From positions 248,001 through 312,000 of the forward strand of contig JAQGDQ010000201.1 of assembly GCA_030141605.1 (NCBI GenBank): a stretch of 64,000 bases of DNA, in the 5' to 3' direction. Below the pieces are notes generated by a model, which was not told where the DNA came from, ran no database searches, and saw nothing but the letters and a program-made list of their open reading frames with translations. This stretch comes from Tubiluchus corallicola. Taxonomy: Eukaryota > Animalia > Priapulida. Shown here one piece after another: positions 42,810 to 54,400 of the stretch (position 1 is its first letter; each line of letters opens with the position of its first letter). The translations under genes were made by a program, and so were the position numbers.

Positions 42810-45800
42810 TGTTAATTGCGGTACGATAGCACATTGTAGTTGTACTATAGACGGTGAATTGTTGGCCTAGAACTACATTTTGTATTACTCGAACATATTT
42901 TTTGTATTTTCTGCTGTTGGCGAGAGGTGGTAATAACTTCATGGCATAATCTGTTGTTATCGGTTACCATTTTACACTGCTGCACTGATTCACTGTCAGC
43001 ATAGGTGATTTCTTAAACTGCAAACCATGTATTATATTGTACTGCATTATTGCATGCCTTTTGGATAAACTGTTATATATAATTGACATGATAATATTAT
43101 TATATTGTAAATGGCTTGATGAATCAACTATTTATGTACCCAGTGATTGCAACACTCTACTAATAGACTGTAATAGACTCATTTATTAATAGTAAATTGT
43201 ACGTTATGTACCAAACTATTAACCAAGTACCATGTGTTTAATTTTGCTACAAGTTTTAGTTGCTTTTTGGCATTATTACTGCATATAGGCGTATAGGAGC
43301 AATACTACAGTACTTACACCAGAACTCTAATGACTCTTCCTATAGTGAATTAAAACAAAACTTTCCATCTTTATACTAGACAACAAATGGTCGACTGTTA
43401 TTTGATATATATTTGATATCAAATTTTTTCAAAAGAAAAACAGTAAACATACATGTACTATTACACTATTGTACTATGTACTATTTTCTGGACTATTACA
43501 CTGAACTATATATATATTCTGAACTACCTGGATTATATCAATATTCTTCATTTTATAAAAATAACACAAATGCCCCCAATTGCTTTGCTTCTCAGTACTC
43601 AGCTCCTTTATGTCTTGATAGCTTAAAATCTGTAATAACTTGTTTTGAATGTTCGTATTTATTTGTCCATTTTGGTTTACCTTGAAAACAAAAAGTTTCC
43701 TGCTTGCTACAGAATGTAGTTTTTGAATTATCTGCTTGACTTAGATAGAAATTGAAATGAAAACACATTTATTCGGAGTTACTTTTATCTTATACTTGCT
43801 AGAGAAAATACGGAACGTTTGGTGTTGAAATTAAAGTGAAATTGCAAATACTTTTCAAATTTTTTCATATAATTGTGTACATACACATACATTAAGTGCA
43901 AGCCACTGCCTCATTAATGGATTGTGGATACTCTGTAAATTTGAAAAATCTGCATATGAAACGCTGTACTACACTTTACACAAACACCCACTTTATTATA
44001 AACAGGTATACTGATGTATGTAGGTCATAACAACTTTGAAGCAAGCACACTGTATTGTTTTTTGCCAGCAAATACAAAACAGAAATGAACAAGCTTGCAA
44101 AAAACATAAATAACTTTGTTGTACATGTACTAAAAATGGCGAAAAACTACTGCAGATATTAATGCAGTTACAAATTATATGTGCATTACTTTTGTTTTGA
44201 AAAGAACAAATTTTAATAGTGCCTAATGAGTTACCTGTAATACATCAACAAATTTGAAGCTAACTTTGTGGTGTATAGTATTAGACAATGCTTTTTTACA
44301 TTGATGTTCAACCTTGAATAATAAAAAAACTTTATACTATAATCCAAAGGCAAAGTACAGTCACCTTTTCTTTAAAAATAAAGACATTTGGCCAGGGTTA
44401 ATATCACGTTTTATACTAATGCTAAAACACTCGCACACATTTATAATAATCCATAGTAAAATGTCCCCTTTGCTATCAGTACACAGCTAATTTCAATTCC
44501 CGGCAGACATTACATAGCTGCGCATGTATTGATCAGTATCTAGTATTTACACACAAGATGTACACTTCATTTTCTAAGTAGCATAGTCCGTAATGACGAA
44601 GCCAACCAAGGATTAGTTCAACGTGAAGCAATCAAATAAATGCAAATCATGGTATAAAGACATGCACACATGGCCCTACTCAGGAATTAATATCATAGAC
44701 ATAATATTTTAAGGATATAGTAAATATTTTAACCAAATTGGATACTACAAAATAATTTAATATTTTTTTAACAAAGAAGACACAAGAAACAGACTCATTC
44801 TGTGCCAGCAACATCCACAGGAGCCCTAAAGCTAAACTGTTAAAGCCTGCAAAGTTAGGCAGAAAATGAACTTAAACCTTATCACTAAAATACAGGATTA
44901 GAAGATTTTATGTTCAATAAAAGAGTGATACAAACGTGTATATTAAAATCATTCCTGGAGTTGATGGATGTCTCAGTTTAATATGCATCAACATTAATTC
45001 TGCATTACATTTAATACTGCTATCATGACAAATATAAATTATCTTTCCAATCAAAACCATTAGTGGGTATGATTACCTTAACTAGTTGACATCAGTATGA
45101 TCGGCGATATTACAGGATACTGTTACCTGGATATACTTCACACAGTTACATAAATGTTGAAAATTTCTTAAATATAATTAAAATGAAATATGCTGGGAAA
45201 TAGCATTTAACATTTAAACAATATCCTAGTATTAACTTGGTGCTATACTAACCATGTGAACAATATAATAATTAAATATACAAGTTTTCTTGAGTTTCAA
45301 TGTAAAAACATTGTGCGACCATTGGTAGTAAATGTGATTTTTTGTTTTATAAGTTGCATATATTGAATATATTAATAGTGCACACAACGGGATGTGCCCA
45401 ATCATTTTACAAGGAATTTACATCAAAAATGAGAACTATTTAAAATGTAACAGAGCAAGCATCAAATTATTTCTTTCTAAATGAATAATTATAATCCAAA
45501 ACTTTTAATTGTTAATAATAAAGAAGCACCTGTAAGACAACAGTACAAGTGGAACTTTTATATATCTTAATTTAGAGCTGTACACATCGTTGACCTCAAT
45601 AGGTCAAGCACAATCATGTATAATTATATTTTATAAAAACACGCAAAGACAAAAGACAAGAATAAAATTTGTCACAGCACCTGCCTTGAATACTACCAGT
45701 AGATCTTTCTTACCACCCAACCTATAGCAAAAAAACAGCTATAAATGAGCTAGAAAGGTTGACTTGACTGCGAACTACTCACACGATGATCAAAGAAGTG

Positions 45801-46151
45801 TTTCCACCTAGACTGTAACTGTAAGTTCCTTAAATTCAGCTATCCAATTGTTTACAATTTTGAAAACTCAAAAATCAATAAATCAATTATTAATTAATCA
45901 TAAAAGAAAGGCTACACAATATCTAATTCTACAAAAAATTTCATAAAATCCAAAATTTAACAAGTAGTTTCCATTGCTCCCAATAGATGGAGAAGGCGCA
46001 TTTATGTTGAGCTTTACAAAGAACATATTAATTTTAAGAAAATGGAGAATTAATTATAAAAAATTCTCAACAAGGTAGGCCATTGTAAACTGTCTTGAGA
46101 CTGCTGATGTTGTAATTTAGTAATTGACTTAGTGATTTATGATTGATTTAA

Positions 46152-46809
46152 AGGACAAGAAAAGGGATACCTGAAGTAGGTTTCAGAAAAATCATCTTAA
46201 AAAATTATATTACTTTATAGTAATTTTATGTGTATATCGTACTCGCTTTGAAAGGATTTTTTGTTTGTTTTAATTTTAAATCCCCCGCAATACTCTTCTG
46301 ACAACGCCATTACATGACATCATATATGCACAACTCAAATCAGGGGAAGAAAAGGAAATGTCAAACTATGTCCCAAAAAACTTTCCATTCAAGGTTACAT
46401 TACTTAACATTTCATTCATCTGCTTGAAAGACTTAGGTAACTAGAAAAGAAATTTATTAATTGTTTAAAATGTTTTCTCCAAATGGTAAAGTGCTGTTGA
46501 CTCACCACCAGGAGTCACCACTCACTAACAAATCTTGACAAGATACAGTCATTTAAAATTTCACTTAGTTAGTGACATGAGTGCTACAAATGCTCTGATT
46601 ATTTTGTCAAACTTTACACAGTGTTATCTAAACTTGTTTCAAATGACCTATCATCAAAATGGCTGCATCTAGCGGTTATCGTGAGTTTAAATTTACAGGC
46701 TTCATACAGCGTTAGTGCCTATGCAAGCCCTGTATGCAAAAAAGACTAAGTGATGTAAAATTTCAAGACACATTTTTAACCTTTATTAAGTGGAGGGTTT
46801 TCTTGTGCT
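46152..46809 (+). mobile_element. TTAA-flanked non-autonomous DNA transposon (Kolobok/T2-like MITE), copy 2 with both TIRs
   Basis: TTAA-AGGACAAGAAAAG ... GTTTTCTTGTGCT-TTAA gives TIRs with a TTAA target duplication. Homologous to 3658-4332. Confidence 0.8.
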
Positions 46810-47544
46810 TTAATGGTTTAACAACTTTTAGTACTAATACTTCAAACATTGTGGAAATAAGTTTGTTACTATTTTTAATATAACCAAGTAAAAAATGAAA
46901 TCTTATTATTCATCCCAAATAATTTGGTAAAAATCCTCAATGGATTTAATACTATAGGACTTAAGAGCTAGGCGTATCTTACACACTAAAAAATAACCAT
47001 TCCCTCTTATTTGTTGGCAAAGCTCAGTCAGGAAAATGACCAGCTCTTGGATGCAGGCATGGGAAGCGTTTATATGGAAGGAATTGCCAAACTACAGACA
47101 TCAGACACAATGCTGTCTATGAAGAAATAGTGGCAACTAAAATGGGTGACTATAAAGACTATGACTATACAAAGGCACAGAGAAAACCTGGGTTTATAAT
47201 ATATGCTTACTCTGGCGCACTCGTGTGTGTGTGGTTACTAGTGTGAATGTGATGTAGAAAAATGAGAACATATTATAGTAAACAGGTACAATTAATTAAA
47301 CTAATGAGAATTGAATTCATACAGTCGCCCAAATTTTAGTCATACCATGCATACAATGACACTGTGTAGCTATAACAAACAATATACAAGCATTTTGAAA
47401 AATATGCTTGGAATTCAGATTTCAACTGCTAGCTCATATTCAGAGCAGAGAAGTTGAAGTCATAGTTCTGTAGCTCAATGCTTATAAATCCTTACTCAAA
47501 TTACATTAGCACAAATTATTATGTTGACACTCTAGCCAATCATT

Positions 47545-47906
47545 CCTTTTCACAATTTCACTATGCGCACGTGCAGTTGTTGTAGGTCAAAGGTTAAGTG
47601 TACCACAGCAACACGTGACGACAACCGTCATGTGACATATGGGTAAAGCAAAGCCGGGAACTTCAGTTGTTTTACGTGGACTTTACTTAATTATGTATTA
47701 GTCTGTGCACAGAGTAATGTACTAGCAGGATCTTGCTTGGAACAAGAAAAAATGAACTGGGTAAGATTCAAGCTAGCTGTTAAAACTGTTACTAGTAGAA
47801 TAGCATGGCTGCGAGGTGTTGTCGAGTGTACACAAATGCATTGTGTGGTACACTTAACCTTTGACCTTTACACGAACATCATCAATCACTGGAAACTGTG
47901 AAAAGG
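47545..47906. repeat. Nested inverted-repeat element (MITE-like) downstream of the SERF stop
   Basis: Perfect 24-bp IR aggtcaaaggttaagtgtaccaca (47584-47607 / 47844-47867) and an outer 14/15 IR ccttttcaca(a/g)tttc (47545-47559 / 47892-47906). Confidence 0.75.
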
Positions 47907-48026
47907 CTCATTAAACCACTTTCTTCTCCAAGTTGAATTATTTGCAGAGTTATTACCTACCATTTTTAAATGGAAAATACAAGAAAATAACTTTTTTACT
48001 TCTATACCGTATAGTACTACTTTGAC

Positions 48027-51000
48027 TCATTTCCCCTTACTGGTTCCAGCTGCCGCCTCAGCTGCTTTCTTTGCTTGTTTTTCCCGAAGAGCATCGGCAT
48101 CTCTATAATTAATAATGTAAAATATTACAGTGATAATCAACACATTTACATGCAGCACAGTAAGATAGCAGGACTGTTCCACATTTATGAGGTTCACTGC
48201 AACATCATAACCGTTTTGGATAGCAATATATTTGTATAAAAACAAACACAGTGCTCCAGACTCCTTGTAGAATTTCAAAATCTCAGTATTTTGAAGGAAG
48301 AGCAAATACTTTTTGCAGTTTATCCCCATAACATCTTGATTTTCTGCAACAGTCCTTGGACGAAGACCTCTTTCCAAAATTTAAATGTATTTAAACAGCT
48401 AATGCAAATCTCCGGGTTAGTCGAGTGTACAATGAGCGATGTTGGGTAGTAGCCCAACAACTAAAATTAGTAGTACTGGAGTAGCACTAATACTTTGAAA
48501 ATGAATAGGGGTAAAGTGCAACATCACTACTTTTCCCGTAACGGCACTACAGCACTACATTTAATTCTCGGATTTTACAGTTAATTATCTCATGTACAGT
48601 GAAGGAAGACTTTAATGCGTTATGTGCCACGCTGGTCATTCTTTTAATGTCCCCCTACATTTTGCAGTGTACTCGTATCAACGATGAACAAAAGTCATTA
48701 TAAAATGAAAGTACAATAGCGGTACTATTTTCATACAGCAAATGCAGTTGCAAGAACTACTTTTTTAAAAAAAGTAATTGTAACAGTACATCCACTACTT
48801 TTCAGGAGAGTAATTGTACTTGGTATGATATTACATTTTAAAAGTAAGTGACCTAACAGTGACAATAAATGCCGACTTATTACATTCTGAATTTCAGACA
48901 AAAATATACATGTTCAGTTAAGCAATTGAAAAAGGCATGCATTAAACGTCGGCTCATTAACTGAAGCAGGAGGCACTGACAAACTGTGAATCAGCAAATA
49001 TCTTAACCCAAAACCTTGTGCTTTTGGGGTGTATAATCCACCATTTGAGCTACCAACTCAACACAGCAATGTTGGCATGAAATCTTATCATGATAGTTGA
49101 TCAGTGATCCTATCCAATAGTGATATGTCACCGTATTATGAAGATAATCGACAGTGAGACATGACTTACAAAGTATCTGCACCTTCCGGTAGGATATCCA
49201 AGACACACATTAAGAATTACAACACTTAGCTTATTAGGTAAGACTCCGTGTGCGCGTAATGCATGATGCTTGATCTGTAATGTCTGATGAGTATGGACTG
49301 TTTCCATGTGTCCATTCATGAATGTCATGCATATTAATTCACCCTGGCATTTTTGGTTGATTTTGGGAAAATTGGAAGTTTCTCTCGAATTTTAGCGCAA
49401 CGTTAATCAAGAAATAATCACAGCTGTGGTATTACCTTATCAATGTAGCAATACATGGAAAAATTACACAAAAAATAAAAAATGCAGGTTTTAGATGCTC
49501 AACATTTTGCAGGGAAGAGAACAGTGTGGTATGTATCAAACTTAGTGAAGGCATTGCAAATGAATGCAAAACAACGTAATTATATGCATCTTCCTCTTCT
49601 CAAAAATTTAAATGGACAAAATATTAATGTATGTAGGTCCTGGAGTAACCAGAACACACCTGATTAGGAAACCACTGAGTGAAAATGGTCACCGGATACT
49701 TGAAAACTCAATAAATCACCCAGGCAATGGCAGTTTTCAATCTGAGCATTGTTATGTCATGTATATTTGGATAATACCAATAACATTCGAACGAATATGG
49801 ATTAATGCATCATGCATTACGTACACACAGACCACTTTCACGTGTTTAAATACAAACTGTTGTATATGCATTACACATCGCGGATCACGCATTACATGTA
49901 TGGGGAGCCCTACATTTAAGTGAGACTGAAAGGAAACAATTCAGTTCTAAGACACATGTACTATAGTGAAAATATACAAAATACACCACACATAATTTAC
50001 AACATTATGTAAACTTGAAATTTAGCTAAATATTTGTTGTGTTTTGTTTCAGATTTTACAGTAGACCATCTAAAGTTTTTATGCCAAAGGAATGAAGAAG
50101 ATTTCGGATATTGTCGTAGTTTTGTCAGAGTTTTTTAGTCAGCCATTTTTTTCACCAAATGTTGAATAAAGTTGTAATTTTGTTTAATTAATTAAGTCAT
50201 ACCAGAATAATTCTACCCCAGGATTCGTTAAAATTCCAGCTTAGCTATAAAGCTGCTTTGCAAAATAAAGTCAATATACCAACATTATCGTAGATGTCAC
50301 AACTTCCATAATTCAAAATCTAAAAACTTTTAATAGCAAACTTTTAACTTGTTTCATCGACAAAATTAAAATCGGCCTACCTCTGTTTTCTTGCTTGTAG
50401 TGATGCTCCTTTATTTCCATCCTTATCATCAGCCTTCTTCTTCTTACCAACCTCGGCCTGTTTTTTCATGTTTTTTTCTCTGGCCTTTTCTCGCTGGTTG
50501 CCACCTGTAAATTAACATAACAGAAGAATTCTAACAGAGCCGCAAATTTCTGATTTGCTACCTTATATAATATTACATTCATATCCAAAAACAATTCATT
50601 GGTCTGAGCATTCATTTTCCGTGTTAGGGCTAGGGAAAGACAGAATTGCATGACAGTTTTTAGCTGTGTAGCTACTGTAGATAGGTTTTATATATATATA
50701 TAATTATATATTATATATATATATATATATATATTGAGGTGAACCACCTAAACTGAGTGTGCCGACTTTTCTTATTAAAGTGCTTCACTGTTGCTCGTTC
50801 ATCCAAATATTCCTTTTTCTGTCTCTGGAACTTCTTATCAGCAGTATATTATTATTACTAGTTTATATGGAATTTAATAAGATGGTAACAGTACTCATGG
50901 CAACAAAAGATGTTTTGCTTTTAGCATCTTTATTCTATCGTTCAGCTACTCAATTAATGTTAGCAATGTGATCTAATTGAGGCAGATCATAATAAGCAGC

Positions 51001-51197
51001 ACCCCATAACAATGAATTTGCCAGTATATACATATACATTTATGATCACTATTGACTATTGTTTATAAAATATAATTTTTATAGCCTATATATTTCACTA
51101 ACACCTTCTAACACTTAGTACACTGTCCTGTTACTTTTCTTCAGTCGGTTAGATTTCATACTATGTATTAATAAACGGTTTCAGTCTTACGAGTCAT
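48027..51197 (-). CDS. SERF: Small EDRK-rich factor (SERF/MOAG-4, 4F5 family), 68 aa
   Basis: Exons 51191-51197, 50381-50504 and 48027-48102 give MTRGNQREKAREKNMKKQAEVGKKKKADDKDGNKGASLQARKQRDADALREKQAKKAAEAAAGTSKGK*. The MTRGNQRE..R.KN.KK and RKQRDA motifs and the 7-nt first coding exon are typical. Confidence 0.93.
48437..48861. mobile_element. hAT-like MITE in SERF intron 2
   Basis: Ends cgatgttgggt / acctaacagtg (CAGTGTTGGGT-type TIR), degenerate 8-bp TSD acaatgag / acaataaa and repeated gtaa/actac subterminal motifs. Confidence 0.55.
49190..49912. mobile_element. Putative hAT-like MITE remnant
   Basis: Inverted repeat gtgtgcgcgtaatgcatgatgc (~49248-49269) / gcatcatgcattacgtacacac (~49807-49828). 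The right end reads tagggctcccc on the minus strand. Boundaries uncertain. Confidence 0.35.
50689..50733. repeat. Interrupted (TA)n microsatellite
   Basis: tatatatatatataattatatattatatatatatatatatatat. Confidence 0.85.
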
Positions 51198-51403
51198 CGT
51201 TAATGATGGTATTCCTGGTTTAAAAACTTATGATTACAGTCACAAAAACATGTATAACTCCACCATTATTATTTTCTAAAGTTTTTAGGTTGCGCCATCT
51301 GTTGCCATAATTTGTGGTAAACCCGCTTAAACCAAACACGGGTTTTTGTGAAGATATCGTTTTGGTAATTTTAATTTATCGTATCACCTCGTCGTCTTGT
51401 GAA
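51198..51403. promoter_or_regulatory. Compact bidirectional promoter between SERF and SUB1
   Basis: Divergent ATGs are only 206 bp apart, with a central GCGCCATCTGTTG (CTCF/YY1-like) motif at 51292-51304. Confidence 0.7.
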
Positions 51404-54400
51404 ATGCCTAAGAAGAAGGTAGCTGTTAGCTCAAGTGATTCAGATTCCGGCCCTGATGAAGACGTAAGTTAATTTTGCCAATGTCTATAATCTGCTTTAC
51501 AATCGTCTTTGCAATCAAGTACAATGTTCTGCGCAGGTAAGTACATTGAAATCCGGACCCAGAGTTCAACTCGTGTGGTTTTTGTGGTTTAATTCGCCCC
51601 TCTCCACTTGTACGAAATCCACGATGAAATCGATTGCAGGAGGTCTTCAACGCTGTAGCATCAAAAATTCTTCCTAAAAGTTAAATTAACTAACTTCCTT
51701 TCAATGTTTTTTCAATGTTGGTGTTGCAACCTTTAGCTTTTTCACTCTGCTGTTTAGCATTTCATATCTTGCACCATCTGAGTCAGGCGCTTCTCCATGT
51801 TCGTGTACTGTCTGCGATCGAGCCCAGCTGAGATTGTTGTGCCACAACCTCTGTTTGTAAGCTTTTTTCGTTTTTGCTTGATTGGAGATTGTAATCCAGA
51901 ATCATTGCATTAATGCTTTCCATGACTGGATTCCATTTCGAGCTTGTAGTATTTATAGCACCTTCAATCGCACTAGAAATGGATTTTTCCATACTAGTAA
52001 GCAGTTCTAGTGTATCCACATTAATTTTTTAAGAAATTTCTTTGTCTAGGGTGTTACATGCTCTAAAGTTGGCTTGCATGCCATAATGTGTAGACTTGTC
52101 GGTATATTCTGGCTGTTTGACGTCTCCTAGTAATTGTGTCGACTGGTCAAAAGTAATTGTTCGCAACAAAATTTGGCTATATACTGCGCTGAAGAAGTAC
52201 CTTTTATGTATTTTGAAAGTTCGTAATCTGGTAGCAGAGTACACCTGAAATGTACCCAGCAACCATAGTAGTATCATCTTTTGCCTCATTATTACACTGA
52301 AAGCATGTCTTCTTTTTGTCCGCCTGGACAGTACTATTGTTTGCTCGTTTTTTTCCTTTGTTTGTGCTGTGCACCATCTTTACTACTTTTAAATGTTGAT
52401 TTTGGAAAATGCTGACACTGTAAATTACGTTTTAAAATACTTTTTCGCGTCCAAGCAGTTTATGCTATGACAACATACACTTTTTGAAAAATAGCTTCCC
52501 TTTTCTGTTGTAGAATCTGCTAGTTATTCATTTAGTCCACAAAAACAAGTCAAATTAACTGCCATTTTTTGTACCCCTTCCAATGGGTGGACCGTGGCTT
52601 CCAGAAAGTATATACACATTTCAGTAATACGAACAATCATTCACTTATCTAGATGCTTTTCAACAAATTTTCACTATAACAACTTTTAGTATCCTTTATT
52701 GAAACTCCACCTACATTTGCTCTAACCCTTTCATAGTTGCTGTAAATAAGTAAGTGTTCTGTTATATCTAATTCAGTTTGCACCCTGGACACATAAAACG
52801 TATGGTACCTTATCATATTCATTTTATTAATGAGAGTGAGTTCCATGAATGGGCTTCTCAGGAGGAAAAATTGGAACGAACATTGATTAAGTTATATTCA
52901 ATGAAAAATTTGGAATTGTGGCTTCATATTGATCTTTCTGTGGTCGTGAGAAGAAAACTTGTTCTTGCAAAACTAAGTGCCCTTTCACATTTTTGACAAG
53001 ATTAGCTATACACCAACGTTGTTTAAAGTGACTTACGTTGTCTTACATTATCTAAAGTGGACATCACACACTTTCTAAAACAGGAAAAACAATAGCTTTG
53101 TACAGTAGTACTTTAACATTAGCAAATATCACAATGTTTGATCAAGTTAACAATTTGTCTCAGCTATTATATTAAATGTGAGTGTTCGACCTTAGGTCAT
53201 TGGTATGTGGATATAACTTTGACATAGCCCAAATCACATGCAACCGATTCCTCCTCAATGACCCCATCACTGATATAATTTGGTGTGTGAGATTTGCTCT
53301 GCAATAAGTAATAAGTAACATTTGCTTCTCTGAAGTTGCGTCAGTCATTCATTGCATCATTTTTCTATTTCACTGAGGTCATTTTGCAAAATACATTGGT
53401 CTACAACTCTATGTGACTCCAGGTTAGGTAACAGGGCTTAAAATGATCGTCAAATAAAGTGATGCTATAGGCCTATGTAAAAATAGGGAAGCAACATGGA
53501 CCACTAAGGATATCCTGGGGGATTCCACTAGCTACTGGGTGTCAGTTTGTTGTTACACCATTCGTAACAATTTGCTGTCCACGATAAGCCAAGAAAAATT
53601 TGAACCGTTGTAGTATATTATCACTGCTTTCTGAAAACTCCATCTTGAGCAATAGATGCCCAAAAGGCACAGAGTCAAATACTTCTCTAAAGTGTCTAGA
53701 GGTACAAAATATCAATATCAGATAAAGGTGTATCATTAAAAAATTTAGTCCACTCTTTTAAGCAGGAAAGTAATATACCCAGGGTTGACAAGAAACAGAA
53801 GTACCTCATCCAATAGATTGGACTCACTAGCATGAAGAAATCCATTTGCCTTAAAATATTCACACAAGGGAGTTGCAGAAGATTTCTTTAGAATAGGGGT
53901 GACATTTGAATCTAACCAGCTCATAAGAGCTTCGCAAGAGTCAAGACTTTTCTTACAAATTATAAACTATGGTAAAGCAAGTTCGAGGGCTTATGTTTTA
54001 AAGGAAGAACCAAACCTCGAACAACATTTATTGCATTTTAATGCACGATTAAAAATATTGAAATCACAATGCAATATCTGCACATTTTTCGTCTGAAATG
54101 AGCGTGCACAAACTTAAAGTAATCATGACTTTAAATTGATTTGACTAATTATACGAGATGTTTATCACAATGTTATTGCTGAAACTTTCTAACATTTTCC
54201 CCAAATATTAAAATAAGCTCAGCTTTCCGAGAGACTTGGCTTTTGCTTTAAGAATAAAACCATAAACATACATCATAAACCATAAACCATAAATATACAT
54301 CACTTACATAAAAGGCAACATTAGTCATACTGTTGCAATTCCAATCGTCAGACGGAATGGGTAAATCTGAGTTCTCAGTCTCTTGAGTAAAAAAAGATGC

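Noticed and set aside
41279-42942. Antisense ORFs over GATAD2
   Set aside because: Shadow ORFs of the long coding exon and its low-complexity Ala/Thr tracts.
51527-51544. Minus-strand tacttacctg resembling the U1 snRNA 5' end
   Set aside because: It is the complement of a plus-strand consensus splice donor, and no U1 body follows.
51783-52289. Coiled-coil-like minus-strand ORFs in SUB1 intron 1
   Set aside because: Possibly a decayed LINE ORF1, but there is no diagnostic motif and they lie downstream of the RT remnant, so they cannot be assigned.
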